In this document: in pieces, positions 12,101-24,500 of the stretch
Layout: each line of letters starts with the position of its first letter
Position numbering within the stretch: the stretch's first letter is position 1
Assembly: GCF_963853765.1 (NCBI RefSeq)
Contig: NC_088856.1
Span: 3,348,001-3,412,000 of the forward strand
DNA: 64,000 nt
Reading direction: 5' to 3'
Source of the DNA: Magallana gigas
Taxonomy: Eukaryota
The notes under the pieces: generated by a model
Databases searched by the model: none
The model's input: only the letters and a program-made list of their open reading frames with translations
What the model was told of the DNA's origin: nothing
Program-made: the position numbers and the translations under genes

Positions 12101-15100
12101 ATTACATAAGCAGGGTAATTTTCTCATAGTTCCAATTGTAAAACAGTGTTTCCAAAAACAGTTATGGTGAAGCAGAAGTAATTTGCAGTAATTAATTCAC
12201 CTATTGTGAATGAGAGGGTAGAGACATATATAAAACAGGTGAACATTTCTTTGTATTCTAAATTCAATAAATTTTGAGAGCCACATATATGTATATCATA
12301 CAGCTTCCGATGACAAGCTACCGATATCAGAATTTTGTGTATTTTATCTAGTGATCAGGTTGCTTTGAAGTTTTTTTTAAGATTAGCAAACTTAATGATA
12401 TTTGTTTTGTTTGTAGACAGCAAGAGTCTATGACTTGGAGGGAATGAGGAAGACTGACCAAGATGAAGGCATCGAACATGCAAGAAAAAATTCCAATCTC
12501 AGAAGACTGTCCAATCAGAGAATGGCTTCTTCTGAACAGACCAATCAAAATCTAGGAAGAAATTTAAATTCAGTGTCAACAACCAATCAGACATCAGATA
12601 CAGATTCCAGAGACACAGGGATAGGATCTAGAGACAATATAACAGTGACCACCAGTAACTCTTCAAATGAAAACATTTCTAAACATAGTAACTCCCGAGA
12701 AGGAAATAAGGTGTCCATGGTAACGGAAAGTGTTCGTGTGACGGGAAGGACCAGCCTGGCAGGTAAAGAGAATATAAACCCACGGGATGCAGAAGTGATA
12801 GTAAAAACAGAGTGGGTGTCAGCTGAAGTAGCTCTAGGGGGGGAGGAAGACCAGCCCCCTCAAGAGTTTGTCAGGAGGGGTTCCCTTCCCCTGAACCATG
12901 GGGTGGGGACAGGAATGAACCTACGACACAAACGGACTCAGTCTGTGCAGAGAGTTGAACCTGAATCAATCAGTGCACCTCCCTCAAGGTATGTGTAGGG
13001 ACCTATTAGTTATCTGAATTACTCAAACTTGTCCAAAAGAAATATTTTAAAGAATTTTTAACATGTTTAAGTGCTGTTTAATTAGTTCTAGAGAGGATGA
13101 AGATGATTTAAAGGCTAAGCAGGAGAGACTGCAGAGGCAGAGACAGAAACAGATGGAGTTCAAGCAGAAGTTAACAGTCAAACAGACAGACAATACCACC
13201 ATCAACACCATAGGTAAACTCACAGTCAAACAGACAGACAATACCACCATCAACACCATAGGTAAACTCACAGTCAAACAGACAGACAATACCACCATCA
13301 ACACCATAGGTAAACTCACAGTCAAACAGACAGACAATACCACCATCAACACCATAGGTAAACTCACAGTCAAACAGACAGACAATACCACCATCAACAC
13401 CATAGGTAAACTCACAGTCAAACAGACAGACAATACCACCATCAACACCATAGGTAAACTCACAGTCAAACAGACAGACAATACCACCATCAACACCATA
13501 GGTAAACTCACAGTCAAACAGACAGACAATACCACCATCAACACCATAGGTAAACTCACAGTCAAACAGACAGACAATACCACCATCAACACCATAGGTA
13601 AACTCACAGTCAAACAGACAGACAATACCACCATCAACACCATAGGTAAACTCACAGTCAAACAGACAGACAATACCACCATCAACATCTTAGGTAAACT
13701 CACAGTCAAACAGACAGACAATACCACCATCAACATCTTAGGTAAACTCACAGTCAAACAGACAGACAATACCACCATCAACATCTTAGGTAAACTCACA
13801 GTCAAACAGACGGACAATACCACCATCAACACCATAGGTAAACTCACAGTCAAACAGACAGACAATACCACCATCAACACCTTAGGTAAACTCACAGTCA
13901 AACAGACAGACAATACCACCATCAACACCATAGGTAAACTCACAGTCGAACAGACAGTAATATTTTTGGCAAAGTTCTCCATAATGAGGGCAGTAGAAAA
14001 ATTAATTGTACGTTGCTTCACAGTAATTAATATACATTATTACTACACTTTCATGTAATAAGTTCTGAAATCTGATTGGTTTAGACACAGTTTATAATTC
14101 ATTCTATTACCCTCAGTTTATAATTCATTCTATTACCCTCAGTTGATAATCCGTTCTATTACCTTCAGTTTATAATTTGTTCTATTACCCTCAGTTTATT
14201 ATCCATTCTATTACCCTCAGTTTATAATTTGTTCTATTACCCTCAGTTTATAATCCGTTCTATTACCCTCAGTTTATAATCCGTTCAATTACCCTCAGCG
14301 TTAGCAACACACTTGGCACACTTGACACAACGAATTGTTACATGTGCGTAAATTATGAGCATACAGTTCACCGTTGAATTCTTGTTATTCTACATTGATT
14401 ACCTTTTGAACTAAAACCATCTATAAGATATCTTTTATAGTGCGCTTAAATACAGATGTTGTCATGCCTATTTTTGGCAAATTTATTATGTAAATTAAAA
14501 AAACCTGAATTTACTCTCCCTCACTCACCTTAGATTCATGCACGGTTATTTTTTGTGCACTACGTCATCAGTTTCAGAGAATGGTGGTATGAGTTCAGAA
14601 GGCACATTGTAGTGATCCAGAAAATTGGATCACACTCTTTAAAATTAATAGTGTCAAGACTGGAAATTTGATTGATATATAATGAATGCTTTTATCAGTT
14701 GAGCCTTCGAAACAGTTCTCTTGTGTGTGAAAATTGGATCGTTTTTTTTTCATTATTTCTTTTCTCAGGAATAAATTGTTGTGGTTTTTTTTTGCTTACT
14801 CTAATATTTTTCGACTTTACTCTTCTGTCTGTAACCCGATAAAACAGGAGAGAACTTGCTTGTATACACACATATTTGTGGATTTTGGCATAATTTTTTT
14901 AAAATCACCTTTAGAGCTCTATGCAGATTATTTATAATATTATTGGTACACTTTATGGGGTTCATTATAATGCCACTTTTTAAAATTATCTTTTTAATGC
15001 CCATCTTGTTTTTGACTGTTAGGACCCCCAATGGCTACCTCTACCCCAGCTTTTAATGGCCTTGGCCCACCAATCCATGCCTCCAGTCCCAAGGTTGGGC

Positions 15101-16468
15101 CAAGGGCGCGACCTCAGAGCAGCTCTGAACCTTCCCCAAACCAACCAGAGCTCCTGCCTGAGGAAAATTATGGTAAAATTTTTAAGGCATCATCTTTTTC
15201 TTGATTTATATCATGGAACACTGTTCTAATATTAAAAAATGCTTGGTGTCACGTTTACAGTATAAATAAGGCAAAACCAATGATAACCGGTATTCTTCTT
15301 GCAATACTCTATGTGATAAAGCAGCCTGGGTCAGAGAAATCCATATGGCTGACACACAGTCCAAATATGTTAAACAGCGAAAGTCATATTGATTTTCAGA
15401 GGACACAGAGATTTGGAACAACTCATTAGACATAGAGAGTATAGACCCATCAGGTGAACATTTAGTGGATGGTCCGGGCAAGAAGCAGCATAATGGAAGT
15501 AAGAGTCTGTATAACTCCGAGTCAAGGGGGAGAACTCCCACCAAATCCACCACCGTACAGCACCGCCCCAACACAATGACCAATCACTACCCAGTCACCA
15601 AGGCAGCCAGTCGCCAGGCCACAAATCACACAGGTACAGAGCTTTCAAACACATATAACACAAGTACAATAAAAAAAACCCACAAATCAAACAGGTACAG
15701 AATATACAGACACAAAGCACACAGGTACAAAATAAGTTACATGTGTGAGGGACTGACACATACATCACATGTACTGTACAGAAAAAATTATACTCATGAC
15801 TGAGCAACTCTCATTTCATCACAATTTAAACAATGACTTTTCTGGCACAATATTCACTAGGGCAGTTCAAATTGCATTTGTGAGTTAAATACTGTGGAAT
15901 CATCATTGTCAATGGGGGACCAATGCTTGTGGCCTTCATGGGTAACCCTTGCCCACAAATTGATATCTCCACAACTGTATCACATATTGTACAAGCATTT
16001 GCATTAATTATACAGTTTCAACATAAGTTATACAATTTGTAAACAGGTTTACTTGTGACTTGAATAAATTATACAAATACAAACCAAGTTATACAACTTG
16101 TAAGCATGTTTTCTATGTGACTGATATGAATTACACAGATACAACACAAACCATACAATGTTTAACCAGGTATACATGTGACTTATATAAGCTACACAGA
16201 TACAACACAAGTTATACAATGTGTAACCAGACTTTCTATTGTCATACCATATTAATACAACTTCTTTGAATGCACAAATCATAAAGGTGTATGTCCAACT
16301 ATCTAGTCCATTAGTTTTCAACTTCTTTGCACTCCAAAGTGTATGGTGTTTAACAAATCGTCAATCATTGAACAATCAGGTGTGACTCAAAACAATGAAC
16401 TTGTTACATGTATTTCAATTTCAGATGATATCAGCAATGTACAGAAGAGAAGACGAGTGGATGTCTAA
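6122..16468 (+). CDS. RAD52: DNA repair and recombination protein RAD52, about 534 aa. Exons 6122-6139, 7890-7991, 8970-9063, 9397-9464, 10026-10144, 10344-10419, 12417-12988, 13086-13213, 15023-15172, 15400-15633, 16425-16468
   Basis: The spliced product reads MASFGQ|[34 protein letters not shown]|[31 protein letters not shown]|DFVD...FVKVQLK|[40 protein letters not shown]|[17 protein letters not shown], which is the RAD52 annealing domain. It ends with an NLS-like KRRRVDV*. Exon lengths sum to 1605 nt with consistent phases. The first exon and the C-terminal exons are less certain than the core. Confidence 0.93.
6571..6887. mobile_element. Imperfect ~315-bp foldback element with a half copy of a second hairpin family at its centre (RAD52 intron 1)
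   Basis: Left arm GAATTACAGACTGTCGTAGAGTTTTCAATAGCTTGC...TCTAGGTCGTGTGATTAC pairs with right arm GTAACCCCACAACCTAGA...GCAAGCTATTGAAAACTCTG...GTAATTT. The centre (6681-6770) matches the left arm of the hairpin at 24786. A left-arm fragment recurs at about 49983-50045. Confidence 0.65.
8032..8257. mobile_element. TA-flanked MITE of the TACTGTA...TACAGTA type (Tc1/mariner-like), degenerate copy
   Basis: Ends in GGAATCTACAGTA. The interior (AATTAAACACGAGGAATTAAT...GAAATCTCGCCTTT) matches the reverse complement of the intact copy at 63491-63694. Confidence 0.55.
10420..11944 (+). repeat. 31-bp minisatellite (GTACATGGTGGTGTGTAATCCTTGGTATTCA, roughly 45 copies) starting in the RAD52 exon 6 donor, with interspersed 56-bp units that re-create the donor
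   Basis: The array starts within CCT|GTAAGTACATGG. The cassette GACACATTATCATACCAACCT|GTAAGTAC recurs with GT at 10600, 11828 and 11884, with a variant at 11938 and a mutated copy at about 10749. Confidence 0.95.
13168..13958 (+). repeat. 48-bp minisatellite spanning the RAD52 exon 8 end plus its donor; 16 donor copies (AG|GTAAAC), in frame, encoding [16 protein letters not shown]
   Basis: First donor after 13213 and last after 13933 (15 x 48 bp apart). ORF 13063-14058 reads through the array without a stop. Confidence 0.96.
14090..14298 (+). repeat. 26-bp tandem repeat (TTTATAATTCATTCTATTACCCTCAG, about 8 copies), probably inside a dispersed element starting near 14055
   Basis: Units are directly visible and the array lies mid-intron. 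The flanking TTCTGAAATCTGATTGGTT resembles the reverse complement of the CCAATC-containing tails of other elements in this window. Confidence 0.75.
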
Positions 16469-18515
16469 TATCTGCTAGATATCTGTATAGTCAATTAACT
16501 GTATAAACCAGACAAGATGTCTATCATGATATCTATCAATACTGCCACAGATCTTGTGATATCAGCCATAGATGGATATCTGTCTGGCTTTTGTGATATC
16601 TAGCAGTCACAAACGGATACATGTGTATCTCTGCAGTAGTTTTGATCCATTTTATACCATAGATGATTTACACCTATCATTACCTACCATTATCATGCAG
16701 CCAGTCTTGCATGTTTTCTACTGATGTTACATTTGCATTTGAACAACCTAAACCAGCTGTATGCAATTTTTGTCATTTCATGGATTGAAACTTAACACCA
16801 GCACAATTTGATTCTAACTAGTCAAGAGAACTCCATTTGTAACATGCAACCATAAAGTTGTATATTGCTGCATCAACCTTTTACTGTAAAATTGAAGTAT
16901 CATATACCCAGGTATTGATTTAGTAATAAGAAGAAATTAAATATGGATTTGTTTTGTAATATATATATAAATTGCATTAATCACATATGTTATAAAATTG
17001 TGCAATTGTCAACTGCAAAATGAGGGTGGGTGGGGATGTGTGTAATTTTGTAATCAAATGTCATGATTGTAACATTATTTCTGGTTTATCAAAAAACTTG
17101 AATTAGGTACGAGAATTATCATTAATTATCGTTATCTATGTGATTATGATTATTTGGCACTGTAGTATCTTTTATTCTAACTTATTTTGTGTGTATATTT
17201 TGTAGAATTATTGATGGATGAAAATGGTCTAGTTAATGATTAATATGTGTAAAGATAATCAATGAACTTAATGATGTCTCTTTTTTATTTAATGTACTCA
17301 TATGTAATGCCATTAGAAATATGGAAAGAAGTGCCTTAGTGTTGTATGAATACTTGCCTATTATTTTCTGATGAAAATTTGATCATTTGATATTTGTCAC
17401 CAATTCTTGATAATATGCATTTGATATTTATTAAGTATACATGTTTATCATAAATCATTGATGTACCTTGAACTAGATCTTTTGTGTCTCAGGGATTGAT
17501 ATCTATCAATGGTTGCTTCACAGCCCCACTTTGTAAATAACATGAATAAAGCGTACATGCAATTACATAGTTCACAAGTTTGCTCTTCATTTCCAATCAA
17601 CATAAACATGTAAACTATGTAGTATTCTGTATCATACTGAAAATTTGGAATACTAATGATAGCGAACCCTCATCTCATTCAGTCTTGTAATTGATAGGTT
17701 ACCATGCCAGTGACAATGAACAGTGTCTGTACTAAGAAAGCAGGTGATTGGGTGAAGAATATATAGTATTAAACTATACTGCTATTTTAAAAAAAATTAA
17801 TAATTATAACCTGAACTTTTTTCTATTCAAGCATTTAAAGGATGACTAAATTCCTTCAATCATCTAACAATAGACTAGGTGAAAATCCACAGCAGGTCGC
17901 CTTTGAGACCACGCTGTGATGTACTTGAGACATTTTAAAAGAAGCAGCCTTCTTAAACTTTCCCTTTTTCCCCAGTACACAATTCTAAGGAGCTTATCAG
18001 TGCTGAGTGCATGCTGTGACCTTAATAGGAAAAGGCTACTAGTAAACCATCCTGAGAACTTGAAGTACTTCTTCTATTTTTAAGGGCCGGCTGGGCTCCA
18101 ACAGGGGGAATCACTAAGACCATGTCTATTTTTTGTTCTCAAAGACAGTATTATGTATGCAATTGTCAGATCAAATTCACCTGTTTGTCTGGAGTTTTCA
18201 TAACCAAAGAGAGTATGTGTGGTATTAAAGACCATTTTAGGTTTGTTTGTAGGTGTTTTGTGATATTGAAAAGAAAATGGAGACAAACTTATTACTTTAA
18301 GAGTTCCTTTTGGAGGCCTTATGAATTTTTTCATTGTCTCCAACCAAACTTACAGTCGATGGCTGCAAGTGTTTATTCTATCACTAGGATGTAAACGAGA
18401 ATTTTAGTAGTGTTTTCAACTTTTGGCTATAAACTAATGATCAAGTGGGATTGAGATCGTGTACTAGTGATCCACTTTCACCGCCGGACAGTATCTGATC
18501 TGAACTTACCAGAAG

Positions 18516-21500
18516 ATGGTGGAACTGTTACATGCTAGAGTGGTGATTATAGGATTAATCCTGGTCCAGTGTCTCTCTGTATCACTGGGTAAGTTTTCTT
18601 TTCAACCTTCTGTTGTACTAATTTGAGAATTTAACTTGAAATATCTGGACAGTAGATTATTTAGAATTGCTTCAACTTCAGATTACCTCTTATACAACAA
18701 AAGATGAAGTAAGAAAGAAATTGGAATACAGTTTATAGACATTGTATCAGAAGTCAGTCATAATATTTCATGGATTTAAATGTTCATTAAAAACATTTAT
18801 ACTTAACTTAGTTAATCAATTTACCATAGCCTCTATCAATAAGCAAGTCTTGAAAAAAATTGTATTTATCATCTCTCCTTTGCTCCTCCCCCACAAACAC
18901 GTACAAAAAGGTTGAGAAATCGGTCTGGCTGGCCCATGTCCATGTCTGTCTGTCTCTCCTACTTTTGTTCATCGCATTTATTAACGGTTTAAACCATAAC
19001 TTTTCAAATAAGAAACATCAAATTTAAAGCTCATGCATGGTTGCCACAAAGGTCAGGAGTTCATCATGACTCTGACATGAGGTCATTCAATTAACCTAAG
19101 GTCACATCAACATCACATTTATAAAAGAAAAAAAGAGCCCTGTGGTTATTTCAAAACCTAGACAACCAGCTCTTACCATGTTTATTGCATTTTCTCTATA
19201 ACTAAGTTCTTTTTTTTAAATTATGTGTTTGTAGTAGTAATACATGTATACTAGTATGCTGAATCAGATGCAGATGATCATAAAATAAGATAAACATTCA
19301 TGCTTTCAGAGTTTTGGATGTCTTCTACGTTGTATATAAAATCTTGGTCGAGTGGCGATCCTTAAGTTTGACATACATAAGTACTTATTAAATTGTTAGT
19401 AGTTACTGACACTGCAGTGAGCACAAGCTTTTCTAAAGAAGGGGGGGGGGGTAATTTGGAATGGAATTTTTTTCTTTTTTATGAATGTACATTCATAGAA
19501 TGAGTTCAGAATTTATCTTAAAAGCATTAGAATCAATTACAACTGACCCACAGTACTCTATAATAATAAAAAATAAGGAGAATAAATACTGTAAGAAGAC
19601 TCTCCACAAAATATAAGATGGTTTTAAAGCTAGGCTTAATGATGCTTTTATGAATAGACCCTTAACAAATTATAACAATATTTACACTCTATTCCATCAG
19701 ATCATTATGGTTGACTTCAGTATTCTTCCAATGCAATTAAAAGTAGATTCATTGATCTGCTTCAATTTTCAATCATTTTGTGTAGCAGTCTACTGGAGCA
19801 GATCAAGGGGTCTGTTTTTGATTAGAATTGGTATTACTCATTTACTGTAAATTTGGCAGAAATTATTTTCTAACAAGTTAGCCTGGATTTGTATTGGCAT
19901 ATTTAAGGAATGAATTTAATTTCTACCTATGTTATACCATATAACATAACTTGGGGCAGTTTATGCTTTATAAACCACTAAGTGGTTTATAAAAAAGCGT
20001 AAACTGTTCCAAGTTATGTTATACTCGTATAACATAGGTAGAAATTAAATTTATTCCTTATAATTTAATTTTCTATTATTAAATTCAGAAAATAAGGCCC
20101 ATTATTTAGTATAAGGTGTTAATTTGTACAAAATTTAAAGGTGACGTCAAGCGGATTAATACCTTTCACATGCGCGTCGCATTGTGACGTAGGCAAGTTA
20201 TGTTATACGATATATATGAATTTGTTTAGCCAATCAAATAAGGCATTACAATCAGAATTAAATAATTTCTGGATACATCATTTCTTGTACATATATGACT
20301 AGCATTAAGTGATGTACTTGATTCTCTGCCAAAAGTGATAGAGAGAATACAGAGCCAAATGTAACGCAATTTGATTGACCTTAATCTTTGGCATAGATGT
20401 GGCAATTTTTGTGTAAAATGCGTCTACATTATTCAAACAATTAAATGACTTGTGTTGATGCAGTATTTTTCTGTATAGTATCAATGACTTGTGTTGAGGT
20501 GCCGTTTTTCTGTGTGGTATCAATGTCTTGTGTTGAGGTGCCGTTATTCTGTGTATTATCAATGTCTTGTGTTGAGGTGCCGTTATTCTGTGTATTATCA
20601 ATGACTTGTGTTGAGGTGCCGTTATTCTGTGTATTATCAATGACTTGTGTTGAGGTGCCGTTTTTCTGTGTATTATCAATGTCTTGTGTTGAGGTGCCGT
20701 TATTCTGTGTATTATCAATGACTTGTGTTGAGGTGCCGTTATTCTGTGTATTATCAATGACTTGTGTTGAGGTGCCGTTATTCTGTGTATTATCAATGAC
20801 TTGTGTTGAGGTGCCGTTATTCTGTGTATTATCAATGACTTGTGTTGAGGTGCCGTTATTCTGTGTATTATCAATGACTTGTGTTGAGGTGCCGTTATTC
20901 TGTGTATTATCAATGACTTGTGTTGAGGTGCCGTTATTCTGTGTATTATCAATGTCTTGTGTTGAGGTGCCGTTATTCTGTGTATTATCAATGACTTGTG
21001 TTGAGGTGCCGTTATTCTGTGTATTATCAATGACTTGTGTTGAGGTGCCGTTTTTCTGTGTATTATCAATGACTTGTGTTGAGGTGCCGTTTTTCTGTGT
21101 ATTATCAATGACTTGTGTTGAGGTGCCTTTTTTCTGTGTAGGTGCTGTGGACAAGGACCTTCTGGAGACCTGCTGTTTGAAGGGAACACAGTATGCCACA
21201 GACTCGGACACATGTGAGGGGTACTCCACGACTGTCCCCGGGGTGGGGGCAGGGGACCAGTTCAGCTGTCTGTCCATCCTTAAGGTCTGCTGTATGAAGC
21301 AGAAGCAGAGAGACCAGTGTCAGAGCGGCAAGACAGACGCCCAGAACTTTGGCCGCTGTGCCATCAGAGACGATATGTTCGGAGCAGAGCAATATAAGGT
21401 TTCGTGTGTGCATGTCTAAATTAATTATAAAAAAACCCCACTAAATCAGACTTTATTTTTTGCTACAGTTATGTATAGACAAAGTAGACTTTCTTGTCAT

Positions 21501-24500
21501 CTGCTTTTACCTCTGACTCGGTCACAAATGTTGTAAACCAATTTTCCCTTAAGTACCAGTAACTGTTATGAAATGGTTTGATAAATTTAGTTTTTACAAC
21601 AGAGCCTACTCAGTAGCCAGTTTTTAAAGTTGCATGCAAAAAAAAAATTGGGAGCTTTTTTATGAAAACGTTATTGTCACAATGCTTTCCATGGCCAATG
21701 TTTCTTGTTTATAAATGAAGAGTGACTCGGTGTTTTTAGTTATTGACATGATGTTCTATTTTTAGGAGTGCTGTAACTGTTGTCAGCTGGGACTGACCAC
21801 TAGGACTATGAGAGGAGACTGCTCGCTGTTACAGAGGGAGAACTTTGGGGGGCCGTGTGACGCCACCTTCAGCGAGTGTTGTCTGGGGTCAGCATCACTC
21901 AACAGTGAGTACCAAATATATTAAAGCACTCAACAGTGAGTACCAAATGTCTCAAAGCACTCAACAGTGAGTACCAAGTATCTCAAAGCACTCAACAGTG
22001 AGTACTAAATATCTCAAAGCACTCAACAGTGAGTACCAAATGTCTCAAAGCACTCAACAGTGATTACCAAATATCTTAAAGCACTCAACAGTGAGTACCA
22101 AATATATTAAAGCACTCAACAGTGAGTACCAAATGTCTCAAAGCACTCAACAGTGAGTACCAAGTATCTCAAAGCACTCAACAGTTAGTACTAAATATCT
22201 CAAAGACACTCAACAGTGAGTACCATACATCTCAAAGCACTCAACAGTGAGTATTATGTCTCTCAAAGCACTCAACAATGAGTACAATATATCTCAAAGC
22301 ACTCAGCAGTGAGTATTATGTATCTCAAAGCACTCACAACCGACAACAGTATGTACTGTATATCTCAATACACTCAGTGAGTATTATGTATCTTAAAGCA
22401 CTTTAACAGTGAGTGTTATGTATCTCAAAGCATGCAGCAGTGAGTATAAGTTAACTCCAAGCACCCAGCAGTTAAAACCATTAAACCTTTTCTTGATTTG
22501 AAAACACAATAATATTATCAGGATACAATCCGGCTGTGCATCATAATCTGTTTACGTCTGTATTCCAGGCACCACGCCGGTGAATGACATTGATGAGTGT
22601 GCCCTCCACCGTGGTCACATCTGTGGACAGATCTGTGTGAACACGATCGGTAGTTATCGCTGCGAGTGTAACCCAGGGTTTACCTTACACAGCGATGGAA
22701 GCACCTGCATTGAAGATGAACGTATGAGTCTTTTGAATTCTTTAGTTGTAAAATCGAACTGTATATTATGCAAATAAATTGTTCCATTTTAAAAAAAAAA
22801 ATTACAATAATGCATTATAATTGTTTTGTTGAGGACCAAGAGGTTTTGTACCTTTGGTATACAAATTTGTATAAGAAAAAAGAATGATATGGTTTAATAT
22901 GGACAACATGTTACAATATGGAAATTATTGTAAATTGTATAACCTGCTGTCCACAAACATAAAACAAGATGGGATAATGTAATTAAATTTGATCTATTTT
23001 GGAATGTTTTTTTTACGCAGCTGATAGATGTGAGAGCTACAACCCCTGTCAACAGCGATGTGTCGAAGATGAAAATGGCATCAGCTGTGCCTGTAACCAA
23101 GGTTACGCACTGCAAGCAGATGGCATCAACTGTCAAGGTCAGTGCCTATCTCAAGGACATGTTCAGACAGCAGTGCTTAATTAGATAACTTGTATAAATA
23201 AAGCCATTCTGGTACATGTATTGCCACAATATTTCTTGGTATCAAATGTTAATGTTTTGTGGTTTAATTAATAGTTTGAAACAAAATCTTTTTAAACTTT
23301 AAATAGTTATTGTTCAGAATGTCAATTTTACTAATGTGAACTATGCCTAATAGGGCTGAGTGGTCGTGGACTCGTGGCCAGATTAAGACTTTATCAATCT
23401 CTGTGGACTCGTGGCCGGATTAAGACTCTATCAATCTCTGTGGACTCGTGGCCAGATTAAGACTCTATCAATCTCTGTGGACTCGTGGCCAGATTAAGAC
23501 TCTATCAATCTCTGTGGACTCGTGGCCAGATTAAGACTTTATCAATCTCTGTGGACTCTTGGCCAGATTAAGACTCTATCAATCTCTTTAAGAAAAGCTC
23601 TGCATAAAAGATATAGAAAATGTTCAAATTTTAAATCTAAATTTTCCTCTACTAAAGAATTATTTATGGCTTTAGAAATCACATCTAAAATTATACTAGA
23701 TAGACCTGATGGTTAATTTGTTGACCATTCAGCCCCCCCCCCCCCCCAATAGAACATAATGTAAAAATAATACTCCATTATTTTGCTGTATTCTTTGAGG
23801 GCTGTGTTTTACAATACAGATATTGATGAGTGCGCATCGGGATCAGCAAACTGCCCCCAGGGTCAGGGATGCTATAACCAGGAGGGGTCGTATCGGTGTC
23901 GAGCCTGTCCCCCGGGGTCAGAGGTTGACCCGGCCACAAGGGTTTGTCGAACGGTCCCCCAGTGTACCCGTGGGTTCTCCTATAACACAGCCACAGGCTC
24001 ATGTCAAGGTAGGAAACTGAAGTGCCATCTTTGTGGGCTTATGGACAACAAACTAAAACCATCTAGGATACTAGTAATCAATAAATATTAAAAATTCTTA
24101 TAGTTGCATAAAATATGAATAGAATTGAAAGAACATAAATATACCGGTATTTTATGTAATGTAGGTAAAAAAAAAAATTCTTAAGGCTTATACAAATATA
24201 TATTAGTAGATATAAGAAACTACAAAATTACACTGCTGATACATAGTGAACAATTCATACACATACCCAGTACACATATTACACTGCTGATGAATATGGA
24301 AGAGTGTTCCTATTACCAGCATATTGATTACATTATTACAAATAATTACACTGCTGATAAAAATGAAATATTATCCTTCTGTTGTTACAGTATTACACAT
24401 GTTTCAATGCTGATAGATATGGATGATTGCATTACATATCCGTTTTTCAATTACTGTATTACACAGTCATGGTTACACTGGTGACAAATATGGATGAGTG

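Noticed and set aside
13047-14021. 324-aa minus-strand hydrophobic ORF ([16 protein letters not shown])n
   Set aside because: It is the antisense reading of the 48-bp minisatellite. A stop-free unit that is a multiple of 3 gives such ORFs automatically, and there is no independent gene signal.
20305-21277. Two long minus-strand repeat ORFs (302 and 278 aa)
   Set aside because: Both are products of the 39-bp array, antisense to a fibulin intron.
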